This document shows, piece by piece, positions 11,275-24,224 of a DNA stretch of 64,000 nucleotides; position 1 is the stretch's first letter; every line of letters begins with the position of its first letter. Below the pieces are notes generated by a model, which saw nothing but the letters and a program-made list of their open reading frames with translations, was not told the origin of the DNA and made no database searches. The stretch comes from Sphagnum compactum (lineage: Eukaryota): assembly GCA_965153455.1 (NCBI GenBank), contig OZ234494.1:3410001-3474000 (forward strand). Reading direction: 5' to 3'. The translations under genes were made by a program, and so were the position numbers.

Positions 11275-14200
11275 TTAAATGACATTTAGTTTTCACATTT
11301 AGCAGGAAAAAAAAAGAAGTAGACTATGGGAGATTAATTTCATTCAAGAATCATATAAGAGTCCTTTTATTCATTGCCCTTTTATTTTTTGTTTTTAATT
11401 ATTTTAATAATTATTTTTTAGGGTTTTTGTTGGAGGGGGGGTTGGAAATCATGTAGAGACAAGCAAGGGTGGTGGCAGTACACCTTTGAACAAGTTAAGT
11501 AACGCAGTTGTGGTACACTTAGAAAGTGGTATTTATTAGTGTTATGACTTATGATAATTGTAATTAGGTTAGCAGATTTCCAAATGCACTTGCTGCTGCA
11601 ACATAAAGGGCAAAGGTTGGGGGGGGAGGGGAGGGGAGTGGATTTGGAGGGAAATTGGAGGTGAGAGGAAGAAGTTTTCATCTGCCACACTTGTTGGGAG
11701 GGTAAAAGGCAAATAGTTAGGCAAAATGGAATTCCCATTTTGTATGTGTGTGTGTGTGTGTGTGTGTCTTTTTTTGTGTTTTAAAAAAAAATTCTGATGT
11801 AGGAAAGTTGCTATGAGATGAATCAAAATATGAAAGTAGAAGGATGTGGGTATCCTTTTTTTTGGGGGGGGGCCTAATCTGAGGCAAAATCTTGCCAATT
11901 CAGACCAAAAAATTGTCTAATTTGACAATTAGAAACCCCAAAAAAAATTTGATTTAAAAAAAAGAAGAAGAAGTTGTGTTTGTTGTGTACAAAGAAGAAG
12001 GCTGGTTTGAGTATAGGCATGTGATGCTACCTAGTGTTCAAAATCATTGAGCTTTCCATACCCAAAATTGACATTAGTAACTTTTTTTAATATTGGGTTG
12101 TGCTCAAATAAATGAACTTCCAGTACTCAAAATCACAAGAGTGATTTACTGTGATCTTGGGTTTGTGTTTGAAATCACTACCTAACTCATAGCGTACTGA
12201 TGGGTAGTGATCAAAATCTGAGCATGGTCTTTATGCTTGGTAAAAGCCCCTCTGCCACAGGCTTTACATGAATTGGGCTCACACCCAACTCCATCTCACA
12301 AGCTCTTTTCTTTCTTTGGGTATACATACTCACCAATTTTTTGTTTTGTTTCTTGGTTTTCCTTAGCTGATGCTGAGAAGACTCTGTTGCTAAAGCTTGG
12401 GCATGTTCCTTGTATCTTCTAAAGTGTTGCAGGGTTTTTCTCGTTTTATTTTGAAACTACATCTCAATTCTCTGCACCCAAGATGCATTCATCATTTGAA
12501 GAGACCTTCCACCATACACAATTTACTAAACATTGCAATGTCTTTCTACTCGATTGTTGAAATGTAGAACACAATTGTTTTCTATGTCAACAAATGCTAT
12601 GAAAAATTCTGATAAATCTCAAAGGGTGCCTAATTAGATTGAACATTTTGTCTTAAGATATTTTGTTCTCCCACATCTTGACCAAAGATTCAAATGTTCA
12701 ATTTTTTAGAGTTGAAGGCTATTCTTGGCTCATTGGATTTGTCTTTTTTTATCTATCCACATGTATATGAAATGTGCAAAATGAAATGATGAATAGAGAG
12801 AAAACCAATTTAAAAAAATCTCATGTGCATCAAAACTTTGGATAATCCTTTTGTGCAAATAAGGTTTTAAAAATTCAATGCTTGAACATTTTGGCCTAAG
12901 GTTATAATATTCTTAGGCAATTTGGCTTATGGTTTGAGCTTTTCGGCATGTGTTTGAAACATATTTCACATATGGTCTTAACATTTCCATAGTTCTAAAA
13001 CAATTGCACCATACATATCTTGCAAAAGAAGACAAATGTTTTGATCCACAAAAGGAACGTCCTTAGGTCTAATGCATGACAAGCGTAGCCTAACACATAA
13101 ATATTTGACATATAAATATAATTTTAAGATTGTGAAATTTATCTCTTTTGGCTCAGTGTCCCAACCTAGGTCAAATCAAATTATTTCAAGACAATATCAA
13201 TTCTTTTTGTATGTTTTAATTTGCAATAAAAGCATTATTTTTTTAATGTGATACATATTGGATATTTTAGGTATTAGTTGTTAATAAGTTCAATTAATAG
13301 TATTGATAAATTGTTTTACATATGTTTAGCATAAATGGAGATTGTGACATAAACATGGGATAGCTTTCATTGATTGGTGTTAAAAATAACTCTATGTATC
13401 CCTCAAGATATTGATGTTTTGGTTGCAAGTTATTGCTATTCGATTGCCTTACAAAACAGACACTCTTTGTTGAGAAGTCTATGCATTAGAATTGTCCTAT
13501 GTGTTTCAAGGTGATTTTCTTGTGCACCACCATATATGGACTAAAACAACACCTTTAGATGTTGGCAAATATTTGTGCATGACATCCTTAATATATAAAA
13601 ATTCAACACGTAGTGATATTTGTTTGTGAAAGAATCTATATGAAATGAAGTTAGATTTTGTTCATTAGGGAATTTTTGTTGATGAATCTTGAGTAGTTTG
13701 TTGAATCATATGTTCATTCCATTTGATATTTATTTGATTTAGTAAAGAATCACGATCTTACAATATGGTGATACAATGCACCTAGATTGCCTATATTACT
13801 AAATAATATTTGTATTAGGTAATGAGCAAGACCTCTCAAGCTGGTTATCAAACATAACCAATTGTTAGGGAACGTTGAACTTACGAGTTATGGGATACAC
13901 AAAAGTTACAAGGTTTAGCCAACTAGTAGAGGAGTGATAGGCTTATGGGTTATGTATGGGACACTATAGAATGGCAAAACATGAGGTGCAGCCAACCAGC
14001 AACCATGAACTAGAACATGTTAGTGAGACACTCCCTACAAATCAACTGTGTGACTGCAATCACATGTTAACTTGGCGGTGAGTTACCAATGTTGTGCAAG
14101 TCTCTCTATTCCAAAGAAAGAACTCATTTGGGAATATGGACCCTTGTCTGATGTTCTCAAAAAATCAGAAAGCCAATTCTGAGTCCTGAGGCGTGATTGG

Positions 14201-15538
14201 CAGTTCTGAAAACCCGAAGGAATTCATCCTATGATCAACCCTAAAATCACCCATCCTCTGCTAAAACCTCCAGTTTTTGAATTTTTTTGAAAAACCATAA
14301 CCGTAGGTTTTTTTGTAGTTCTGAATTAAAAGAATAAAATGAGAGCTGCAAGGTTCTTTGATTCTGATCATTTTCAGAAAATTGGAAGTGAAAGTTACAA
14401 ATGATATAATTCTCTTCAAAAGGTTCTGTAAAGAACATTTGTTGGCTTTCATTAGTCAATCATAACAATCATCCCCTGTCATTACATTTAAATTCCTCGC
14501 TCTACACTACCCTTGTATTTCATGTTTACAGGTGGTGATGCAAAATCAGATGCACACCATTTTGCATCCATAGACATGGGTAGATGATGGGTGTTGATGG
14601 ACAATGACAGACCAACAGAATTCCAATCCACCATTTCCTTCATCTTGGACTTGAAAGGTAAAAGGCTGCTTTGGTCCTCCCATTCTCACTACAGCCACTT
14701 CATGCAATAACCCACTAAAACTTGCAAACCTTTTCATGTTGCTAGTAAAGGCCCAACAGAGCCTACAAAACATGCAAACAATAGGATAAATCAAACAACA
14801 ATCTAAAATGTGCAAAATATGCAAAAGATTGAACAACAATCTGTTGTTGTTCTGAAAGGATAAACTCGGTTTGGACTTCGGACATTTGGAATAGAAGAAA
14901 GAGAAAGAGAACGGGTGGCAACTGGAAACAAAAGACTCTTTCACCTTGCAGCTACTGCCCACTATCCAGGTGGGATCAAAACAAGATACCAACAGAACCT
15001 ATACAGTAAGCATAACATAGAAACATTGTGAACAATTCCAACAGAACATGCATAAAAGGAAAAAAGACATAAAACAAAACTCAGGGGGTTTTCAAAATGG
15101 ACTGGCAAGTTTGTAAATTTCAGTTCTCAGTGGACAATGGTGAGCAATTGGTGAGCAAAGAAAGATTATAATGAACAATTAGAACCAGAATGAAATGAAA
15201 AGATTTTGATGAGATAAGATCTTATCTTTGTTATAGCAATGAGACAAAAGAGATCCCAGCAAAAACAAGCGGTTCATTGCATAATGGCTCTGCCCTTTCA
15301 ATGACATTCATAAGGACTGATAAATATTCAACATACTAAATTGGAAACACTTGGTGATTAGCATGGTGAAGCACAAGCGGATCCTTCATTCAGTAATGCC
15401 AGAAATGTTTCTATAGTGGACTCCACATGACCTTAGAATGTAGGGATACCAAAAACTTTGGCCCGTTTCTGAGTGCACCACAATAATGTCTCTTACCCTG
15501 AGGAGGAGAAGAGCCAATAAAATAATTGTATTTTAGAT

Positions 15539-16553
15539 TTACAATCCAAGGGCACCAAGAGGGGTCAAGCCTTGTCCTGCCTCAAAGTAGAAGATGAGCA
15601 TTGCTACCATGGCAAGCCTGGCGTGCTTGATCTCAGCCAGCTGCAACCTCTCTAGCTTGGTTTGGTCTGGAGTGTACAACCCTCCGCGGATATCGCCTGC
15701 GAAGGCCAGTGGGTCGAAGAACTTGCCGCCCGGGTAGCCTTGTTGTCCGGTAGTGTTGCTGAAATTTTCGGCTGTTCTGGACCATGGAGTGGCCCACTCC
15801 AAAGCTTGTGTCCCTGGGCTCACAAAGTCTGCCCATCTCTTGCTCTCCACCCAGCCCATCAGGAGCAGCTGTGTTCCCAGAAGAGTTCCGAATGAGAAAG
15901 GAGCCACAGCGGCGGGGTCAGCTCCGGCTTCGAACCACGGCACACCACTCCAGGCTTGCCCGACGAATATCCCCACCACGGCAGTCATGGCCCATCGTCC
16001 GTGGATTAGCTCCGCCTCCCTGTACCACTTGAGCGCTGCGGGGTCCTTGCCCAGACCAAGGGGATCAAATCCGTAATCTCCTGGCAGACTGCCACCAAGT
16101 ACGCACACACTTGATCAGCAAATGCACACCGGAATCCAAACAAAAACCCCAAAGAAAAATAACACACAATGCGGAAATGCAAAGCTCTTACTACAGACGA
16201 GGATAATGAACAAACAAAAACAGAGAAAGAGAGAGCCAACAGCACAAAAAGGAGAGAGAGAGAGAGAGAGAGCCCGTTACGTACGAGCCATCAAGCCATT
16301 CGGGATCGACTAAATCGCCACCAGACTTGACGCCGGGGAGCCACGATTTCTTGCCGCTGAACTTAGGCTTGGCAGTCACCTTCTTGGTGGCCATGGCCGT
16401 AATGCGGGAGCACCCATTACCGACCCCGAACGACACGGACGGGGACAAGCGGAGGCCGTTACTACTACTAATACCTACTGTTCCCTTCACGAAAGACGAC
16501 CTGGACACAGCAGCCGTGAGCTGCGACACGGATGCACTACTTGCCACCGCCAT
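15539..16553 (-). CDS. LHCB6: Light-harvesting chlorophyll a/b protein CP24. Exons 16553-16285 and 16088-15539
   Basis: Transit peptide MAVASSAS..., then [57 protein letters not shown]...[34 protein letters not shown]. The C-terminus is characteristic of CP24. One GT-AG intron. Confidence 0.96.
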
Positions 16554-16764
16554 TGCTACTGATCGACGATTCAATACTGTCCTTGTGTTCTTCTTTCTTC
16601 TTTCTTCTTCTCCTTCTTCTTCTTCTACTCCTTCTCCTTGTAGCAAAACTTGAGCAAAAGAAACCCCCAGCTCCCGCAAAGCCAAGCAAAGCAATTGGAG
16701 CTTTGCACTTCGAAGACCAACAACAACACTTTGCTCTTGAGCAAGACGCTGGTGGGCGATGGCT

Positions 16765-16862
16765 GGCCTTATCGGAAGGGAAGGCACCAATTGGTGGTCC
16801 GGGAGATTTATATCCTTTGGACCAATCGGTGGTCCGGGAGATTTATATCCTTTGGACCAATC
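16765..16862 (-). promoter_or_regulatory. Lhcb6 upstream region: I-box-like GATAAGG and a perfect 2x35-bp tandem duplication containing GGATA/TATAAAT and CCAAT
   Basis: GGTGGTCCGGGAGATTTATATCCTTTGGACCAATC occurs at 16793-16827 and 16828-16862. CCTTATC (GATAAGG on the minus strand) at about 16767. Confidence 0.55.
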
Positions 16863-17489
16863 AATGGCTTAGTTGATGGGCCTCTGGGGGCCGCCGGGAA
16901 TTTGGCCCGGTGGTTGGATAAAGCAGCGGCCGTTCCCATTGGCTTCCTCAAATATTACTCTAAACCTTACTCGCGTTCGCCATCTAGTGAACAGTTTAGT
17001 TAGCGTTCCCTTGGTCCTCCAGTGCTTTCACTCCCTGCAATGGACAGGACATAGGACACAGGACACGATGGTCGAGCAGGAAGGGGACTGACTGGCCAGA
17101 CTCCATGCACTGAATAGGACATAGGACATCAAGATGGTCAAGATGGATGTTAACTGGTTAGCTGACAGTTTTCTGTTGGCTTCCAGTTTGCTAGCTAACC
17201 ATGGTGGTTACCTCAGTTGCTATGTTTTGTACTACTACTTACCTACCCTTGGCCCTGGGGATACTGCAGTTCACTGGGCAGGGCAGCACTTAACCCTGGG
17301 TTCCAATATGCAAAATAACCCAAAAACTTGGAAATATCTAACTTTTTTATTTTGATGAAAAATAATATTACAAATGATTGAAAATTCTAAACCATATCCA
17401 TTCTAAATGGCGGTGGTCAAGAATTACATTGAAAACATTTAAAATGGTAATAATCAAAGTAAAAAGGAAGAGCAAACACAATAAGATAT

Positions 17490-17915
17490 TTGGTTCTTGC
17501 AAGCTTTCAAGTGGTAATTTGACCCATGTAAGTGAATATAAGAAAATATGTTTAACACTTATGGATTTTTTGCAAATGATTTTTTTTTTATTCACATAGG
17601 TGAAGAAAGAATGATATTGCACATTTGTGAGCTTGCACATGGTTTTTTGACTCACAAAAGAGAAGAAAAAAAAATGATATTGTACACTTGCAAGCTCGCA
17701 AATGGTTTTCTTAACTCACACATGACAAGAATACAAAGGATCTTGCACATTTGCAAGCTCACAATTGGTTTTTTTGACTCATGCAAAATAAGAAACGAAA
17801 TGACATGCACACTTGTTGGTTCACAAGTGGTTTTTCTTCAATTCATATAGGTGACAAAGCAAAATGATATCTCCCATTTGTGAGTTTGCGAATGATTTTT
17901 TTTTACTCACATAGC
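17490..17915. repeat. Degenerate tandem repeat, about 60-bp unit, about 7 copies
   Basis: Recurring ATGATATTGCACATTTGTGAGCTTGCACATGGTTTTTTGACTCACA-like unit. Confidence 0.7.
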
Positions 17916-19909
17916 TGACATTTTCAAGAAACCGAGCTTGAATAATCTCCTCGGTGAGAAGGAGGGGCCGGCGCCGAGTCACCCGGTTCGTCTCTCTCCT
18001 TTCCCCCCGCTGCCTTTGCTTCCTGAGCTGAGCACAGAGCTGCGTTGGTGCAGACTGCAGAAAGAAATGCCTCACCAAAACTATAAGGAGCTTTTGAGCA
18101 TTGGAGTTTGGAACTTCTTTTGCGTCAGGGGTCTTCTTTTAGGAACTTCTTTTGCGTTAGTGCTCTTCTTTTGGAGCTTCGTGTGCTCTCGTTGGTGCTC
18201 GTCAGCTGCAGCTGCTACTGCTCTTGTGTCCGAAGACACTCCGCAACAACTCCTTGCACAAGATCCTCGATAATTCTATGCTCCTAAGTATAGACGATTT
18301 ATTTATTAACAGCATATATATTCTTCTGGCCTTTTTCCCTTACTAAACACTAAGAATTTTCTCTCCATGCTTCATGCAATTGTAAGAGACCAATAATTAA
18401 ATGCCCAAGAGGAGTGAAACAAAAGTGAAATGGAACTCAAAAGCAAGAACAGACTGCATTCGAGAAATTAAGAAAGGACCTTATTTGGAGCCCTTCTCCT
18501 ACACTTTCAAATCCTAATGGCAGGGCTCTTTATGCACTTAGGATCCAAGAACCCAGAATTCAAAGGCTTGAGCTGTCATAAATGTAGGGCCTTATTTAAT
18601 GTAGAACATGAAGTGGATCCCTTGCGCCATGGCCTTTTAAAGCTTTGTAAAGCATCGTTGCATTTTTTCTTTTGTATATTTTGATCCTTTAGTGGACTGG
18701 CAAAAAATTCTATTCATTGACGTCACAAGAACATTAACTTAACAATTCAAAAGATATTTTCCAGCTTGTTGGGTAATTTTCTCAAGTGAAAGTTACCCAT
18801 CAATCTAGACCTTTTCATTGTTTCAGCAATGACTTTCATGTTACTCAATCCTGCATCAAAACCAACCAACAAGTTGGTTAGTTCACATTCGGGAACACTC
18901 CTGGTGTTAGGACAAGTTACCCATCAATCTACCCCTTTTCATTGATTCCATTATTGCAGCACTATCCTTTTACAATGTCTCGCTATCACAATGGTGCTTT
19001 ACAGAAGAAAAGGGTCTTTCTCCTGTACATTAAGGCACCTCTTGCCCCTCTCAAATTTTTCTTGAGGACAAAGTGTTAGATCTTGCACCATACTCAACTA
19101 TTAGCTTGGAAGTAGGCAGAAGTGGTTGGGGGAAGTGTTTTTTTTTTTTTCTTCAAACAACATGAAAACAAAAAAAGGTGCAACTTGATGAAAAATATTT
19201 TTTAAATAAAAATAAAATTTTTATAACTAAATTATTAATGAGAATATTTAAATTTTAATAAAAGAATAATACTTTATTATTTCGAGCAAAAGCATGGTTA
19301 AGTGTTTCAAAAATGGCATTTAAAAATTCATAATCTAATAGCATCGATTTTTTTTGTGGTTTTAATAACTGTCAAACCATAAATCTTATAATTATCCCCT
19401 CTGCTTTTAATCCTAAATCTCAATAAACCAACCCATGTGATTGATAAAAAAATCCATGCAAAATCACATCATTTAAAACTTATATATATATAAGTTTCAA
19501 TGCATTTCACTAATAAAATTTTCATATTGATGATGTTTTATTTTTTATTTTGACATTTCTTTAAAATCCATATTTTTCATTTCTTTGTGTCACAGTCGTA
19601 ATGTTATCATTTCAAAAGTTAATTATGAATCCATAAATTTTTAAAAATTCATTCAAAAATTGTATAATGATTCCCATTAAAATCTATGACAGCATGAATA
19701 ATTTTAAAAATTAACAATGTTAATTTTGAATATGATTCTAAACTTTACATTTATAAATAATTTAGAATTATTACAAGTGTGACAATCCAAAAAATCCCCT
19801 ATTCATGCTGCATTCACTGTTTCATTTCATAATTATAAATATAATTATTTCGTTTCTTTTGCTCTACCCATCACCATCGACAAATGTGAATATGAAAAAG
19901 CAAATTAAC

Positions 19910-22398
19910 ATGGCAACTTTAAAGAATCTCAAGATCAAAACGGGAATCTGCCGACGAACACTGAAGGAGCTTCATTGATATGAGAGTGAGGTTGAGCAGG
20001 AATTTACCAAAACCATATCCATGAAGGAGTGAAATGCAGATGCATTTGACATCAAGCAGCAGGTTCTCTCTGTTTCTCCCTTCGTTCTGTGTGAACTTAA
20101 TGCCCTAGATTTGCTGCAACACATGAATGCTTGAATACTGCACAGCAATTCTGTACAACATATCAATGATTTTGCAAACAGTTTTAGAGGAGACTTACTG
20201 GAATCACCTTGTTCACTTCACTCTAATTACCAGAGTGAGCTCTCTGAGAAGGTTTGGTCACCAGTCTGCTCAATGTTGTCAATACCCTAGCCCAACCCTC
20301 TGGCCCTCTTCCCCATCTTGCTGTATCCAAGTGGAACAATGGGTTCTGTGGCCATAAGCACCCTGTGTCCATCACTCTGGTCATACTGTGTACAACCCCA
20401 TGATTCAGTTGGTCTGCTTTAACAAGTAATTGGTTGCAAGTCATTTGCAGCATTATGTATGAACATCTGGAAAATGTGATACAGAGGGACATTGGAGTGT
20501 CCAAATAAGATAGTAGTTCTGCTATCTTGTTCAAGACCTGAATATTTCAGACCCTTTTAAATTGAGTTTCATAAGAGTATTGAGTCTTGTGGCAGTTTTA
20601 GAGAGTTCTTTGTACGTCAATGGTGATCTTCTGAAGAACAAAGCTGACTCTGTGAGGCTTGTATCAGTGTGAACCAACAGACTACTTAACAACAAAGTTT
20701 TTGGGTCTGGTGTTTTAGCCTGTGGAATCTCCAAAATGATTCTTCTGAGCACCTCTCACTTCTAAGTAGAGAGCTTTAAAGCCCACAGCTGATATATTTA
20801 TAAATTTCCTGGTGGTTTTTCTCTCTTCTCCTCCTCTTACCTTCTTTTCTCTCTGGCTTTTCCCTTTTCTTCTCAGTTTTCTTTTTGTGTTTCCACAGTC
20901 TTTATATTTGTTGAGCTGGCCAGCATCATGGCTGATTCATTTCTGTTACTTGCAGATTTGTGACAGCTACTCAGTAGATTGCTTAACGTTTGACATCGGA
21001 TTATACCATTTCTGGGAAGTGACAAATTTTAGTGGAGATGTAGTAGTTAGTTACTACTGTTCATGTTGCTTTTGATTGTCACCAAAATCTGAGAGACTGT
21101 GACTGTTTTCACACCACTTTTCAGTTCTGTAAATTTTTTTGGGGGGTCTTTTTCTTCTCTTCCTCCTTCAGCATGCTTTTAAGGTCTCCTGATGCCTGGT
21201 CTGAAATCTTTCTAACCATATTTTCAGGTCATATTACTATTGAGGTTGACTCAAACCATAAGTCTGGAGAGTTCTTGATACAAAAGAAGACATACATATC
21301 TTGTTTGAGATTTGTTTCATACATAGGGTAATGTTATACCTCCAATCCAATAGGGATGTGCCTGACTGTGTATGCCAGTCTGCAGAACTCAAGATTAGAC
21401 AGATGTTCTGTCCTATGTTTATTCAGCAGTGCCTCTAGTGATTCACAGAAGTATTTCATATGAAACCAAGAGACAACTAGTAACATAGACCTTTCTCACA
21501 ATTGTGTTGGCATTGGAGCTTTTCAGGAGAATGTGCTGGCAGAGTCACAGATGATGATTCCAGACTGTAGAAAGAGGTTGGAAGGGGCTTTTACAACTCT
21601 GCAAGCAGCTGTGGTGAAATTCTTCATCCTCATGTTTAATAAATAGAGAAATTCTATATGCAAAAAACACGTTTCAACTCTCGTAAACTAGACTGACTTT
21701 ATTTGGTTGTGATTTAGCATACTCAGAACCAGTGACACTTGTAGACCCTGGGGCATTTGATAGGTATGAACTAATTTAACTGAAGCTGCACATTCCAGCT
21801 TCAAAACATGTTAACATCAACAAAATTGTCGAGGGAAAATCTCAAGGTAATAGTCAGTCTCTTCAACAGCCCAATGTAGGCAGCATACCTTAATGCTGAT
21901 CAATGAAGTTTATGCTAAGCATTCTCATGATGCTTATCCCATGTTGCCTGCATGATTTCTGGTCAGTTGTGGCCTCAAAGTGCTAATTGTGGTGATGACA
22001 GGTGGAGGCTGAAAATGATGCAGTCAGCCTGGACACTGAGGAGCTTAGAGCATCTCCACCTCACACCTGCAAACACCCCTTTTCATTAAATCTTGCAGCA
22101 GGATAGTGTAAATCTTGCTGCGCTCCTGTATTGATGGCAATTTTGCAGTGGTCATTTTAATCCCTTCAAAATCTTTTTTCTACTATGGATTTGGACAGTG
22201 ACTATTACTGGTCCAGATATAAAGACATAAATGGTCTTTGCGTGTTTAAAGGGACTTTTATGACGTTTGTGGGTGGGGACAGTGATCATTAAACACTACT
22301 CTATTTAAACATAGAGGAGTTGTTTACAGTTTTGCGGTGGAGATGTTCTTATAGCTGCAAATGAGCTCATTGCTGAAGTAAAGCCATTGTTTCCATAA
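19910..22398 (+). pseudogene. TBCA: Tubulin-folding cofactor A (KIS-like) pseudogene. Exons 19910-20062, 21527-21613, 22002-22398 (exon 3 split by a MITE)
   Basis: MATLKNLKIKTGICRRTLKELH*YESEVEQEFTKTISMKE*NADAFDIKQQ|ENVLAESQMMIPDCRKRLEGAFTTLQAAV|VEAENDAVSLDTEEL[MITE]IAANELIAEVKPLFP*. Matches plant TBCA. In-frame TGA at 19976 and 20030. Not present in the ORF track. Confidence 0.9.
22048..22348. mobile_element. 301-bp Tourist/PIF-Harbinger-type MITE inside TBCA exon 3
   Basis: TIRs GAGCATCTCCACC and GGTGGAGATGTTC (1 mismatch). TTA TSD at 22045-22047 and 22349-22351. Removing the element plus one TSD copy restores the reading frame. Confidence 0.9.
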
Positions 22399-24224
22399 TA
22401 TCATACACTAGAGACTGTTTAAACAAGGCATGTCTTCTGTCACAGACCTATAGGTGCATTGTCTTCTGCGGAGTCTCAAAACAGAGTTTTGTATGTAGCT
22501 TTGTTTGATGAGCCAAGACGGAAGCATGTGATTTACTGTTTCTGTATTCTTCACAAATCCTTAATCCTACTGTTTCTGTATCCTTCACAAATCCTAAAAC
22601 CTAGAACCATACTGAGTGGTCAAGTTTTCACCTTATTAAGTTGACAGGTGTCTGGTGTAAGTAGCCCTTATGTAGCTGGGACTTCTTTGGCCCGGATTCA
22701 ATACCTTGCATTTTGACAAAGACTACATGATTCTGGTGTTTATGAAAGTGGTCAAAATATGAATTTGGATAAGCAAGTTGCCAACATGGGCAAATTTTTC
22801 TTCCTAAGTGTTGTCAGGAAGTGGTTGTGTGGAATAGTTCAACAGGGCCATGGTTTCCTCACCAAAACAAGTCCTTCACAGGCAAGGACTTTCCTTCAAC
22901 AAGCATGCAATGGGTGTGATGAAACCGTTGGGCCACCAAGATTTCACCAAGTTCTTTTTCTTCAGACTACACTGAGAAATCTCTGACAGATCATTATGTA
23001 GTATAAACAGCCTTTGCCTACTATATATAAACCAACTACTTAGCTAGTAACCACCTATTTTCCTACCTATCTACCTACATATGAGACCTATTTCTTACAT
23101 AGTGGGTTATCCAGGTGTGACCTCATGTTAATTCAGTAGAGGTCCATCCACAACTTAGTCATTACAAACACCGAGTGGATGGCCAGAGCGTTGCAACCAG
23201 TCTTCAGCTCCCAATGGAGGGTGTATCTATGTCTGCAATAGTTTGCCAAAACTTTTGAGAGAAACATTGCACAACCATCAGCATCCTGCATTTTGTTGCA
23301 TTTCCACAAACAAGGGGAAGACTAGTGACCATGTTATCTCCACGAACATAATTTTGGTTTCAAAAAAGTTAGTAGTCTCGTAATTCAAAGCTGCAACAAG
23401 CTCTCACAAGTGTAATGTTCATTTAATTCTAGTTTGAACCTACAGGAGAAAGCATCTATGCCTAAAGAAAAAAAGCTCCTCTGTGGAGAGTAGTAGTTGA
23501 AACCTCGATGCACCCCTGACATATTCTTTAAGCATATGACATAAAGGATGCAGAACTAAATTGCAAGCAGAACATCTGCCCAACACTTTGCAAAGAAAAT
23601 ATATCTATGAGATTGCAAAGAAAATTCCACACCGACACCTTGAAGAAAATAGTTCTGTCAGTTCCAGCAAAATCAAGACTAACAAGTGCCATCATGATGT
23701 TCTTAGTGTCACAAAAGTTTCAGACCATCACCTTAATGAGGAGTAGCAGTGACAGCTAAACATATCAATACTTCTGTACCTACTCACTACTAGGAAGATA
23801 ATGTGTCAGAAGAGACTCTGATCAATCTGTCAAAGGGTACTCAGCTCTTTTGCTTGATGTCATCCTCCTTGCTTGGAGTACTCCCATCCTTCTCACCACT
23901 TCCTGCTTCAATTGCACATTGTCCTAGCAAATTACCAACTGTAAATGCAATGGAGGGGTCTTCAAAAAAGGATATCTCCATGCCTGTCACATTTAATACA
24001 TTCCATTCTTAGCTGCAAGACCTGAGATTGTACAGCAACACCATGGTGCTCCTCACTAAAATGAACCTGAAATAGAGCACTTCTGGGCATTTCTGTTCTA
24101 CTACTTGAATCTCATGAAAATGCAACCTAAATTCAATCAGAAACCAAAAATGTCATTTCAAAACTAATATAGGAATCAAGCTACCAGGACAACACAAATT
24201 CACATGCTGAAAGGGAAAAAGAAG

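Noticed and set aside
19976-20032. TGA codons read as selenocysteine or by readthrough in TBCA
   Set aside because: Land plants lack the Sec machinery, the positions are not Cys in the TBCA sequence I recall, and the exon 3 MITE independently indicates pseudogenisation.
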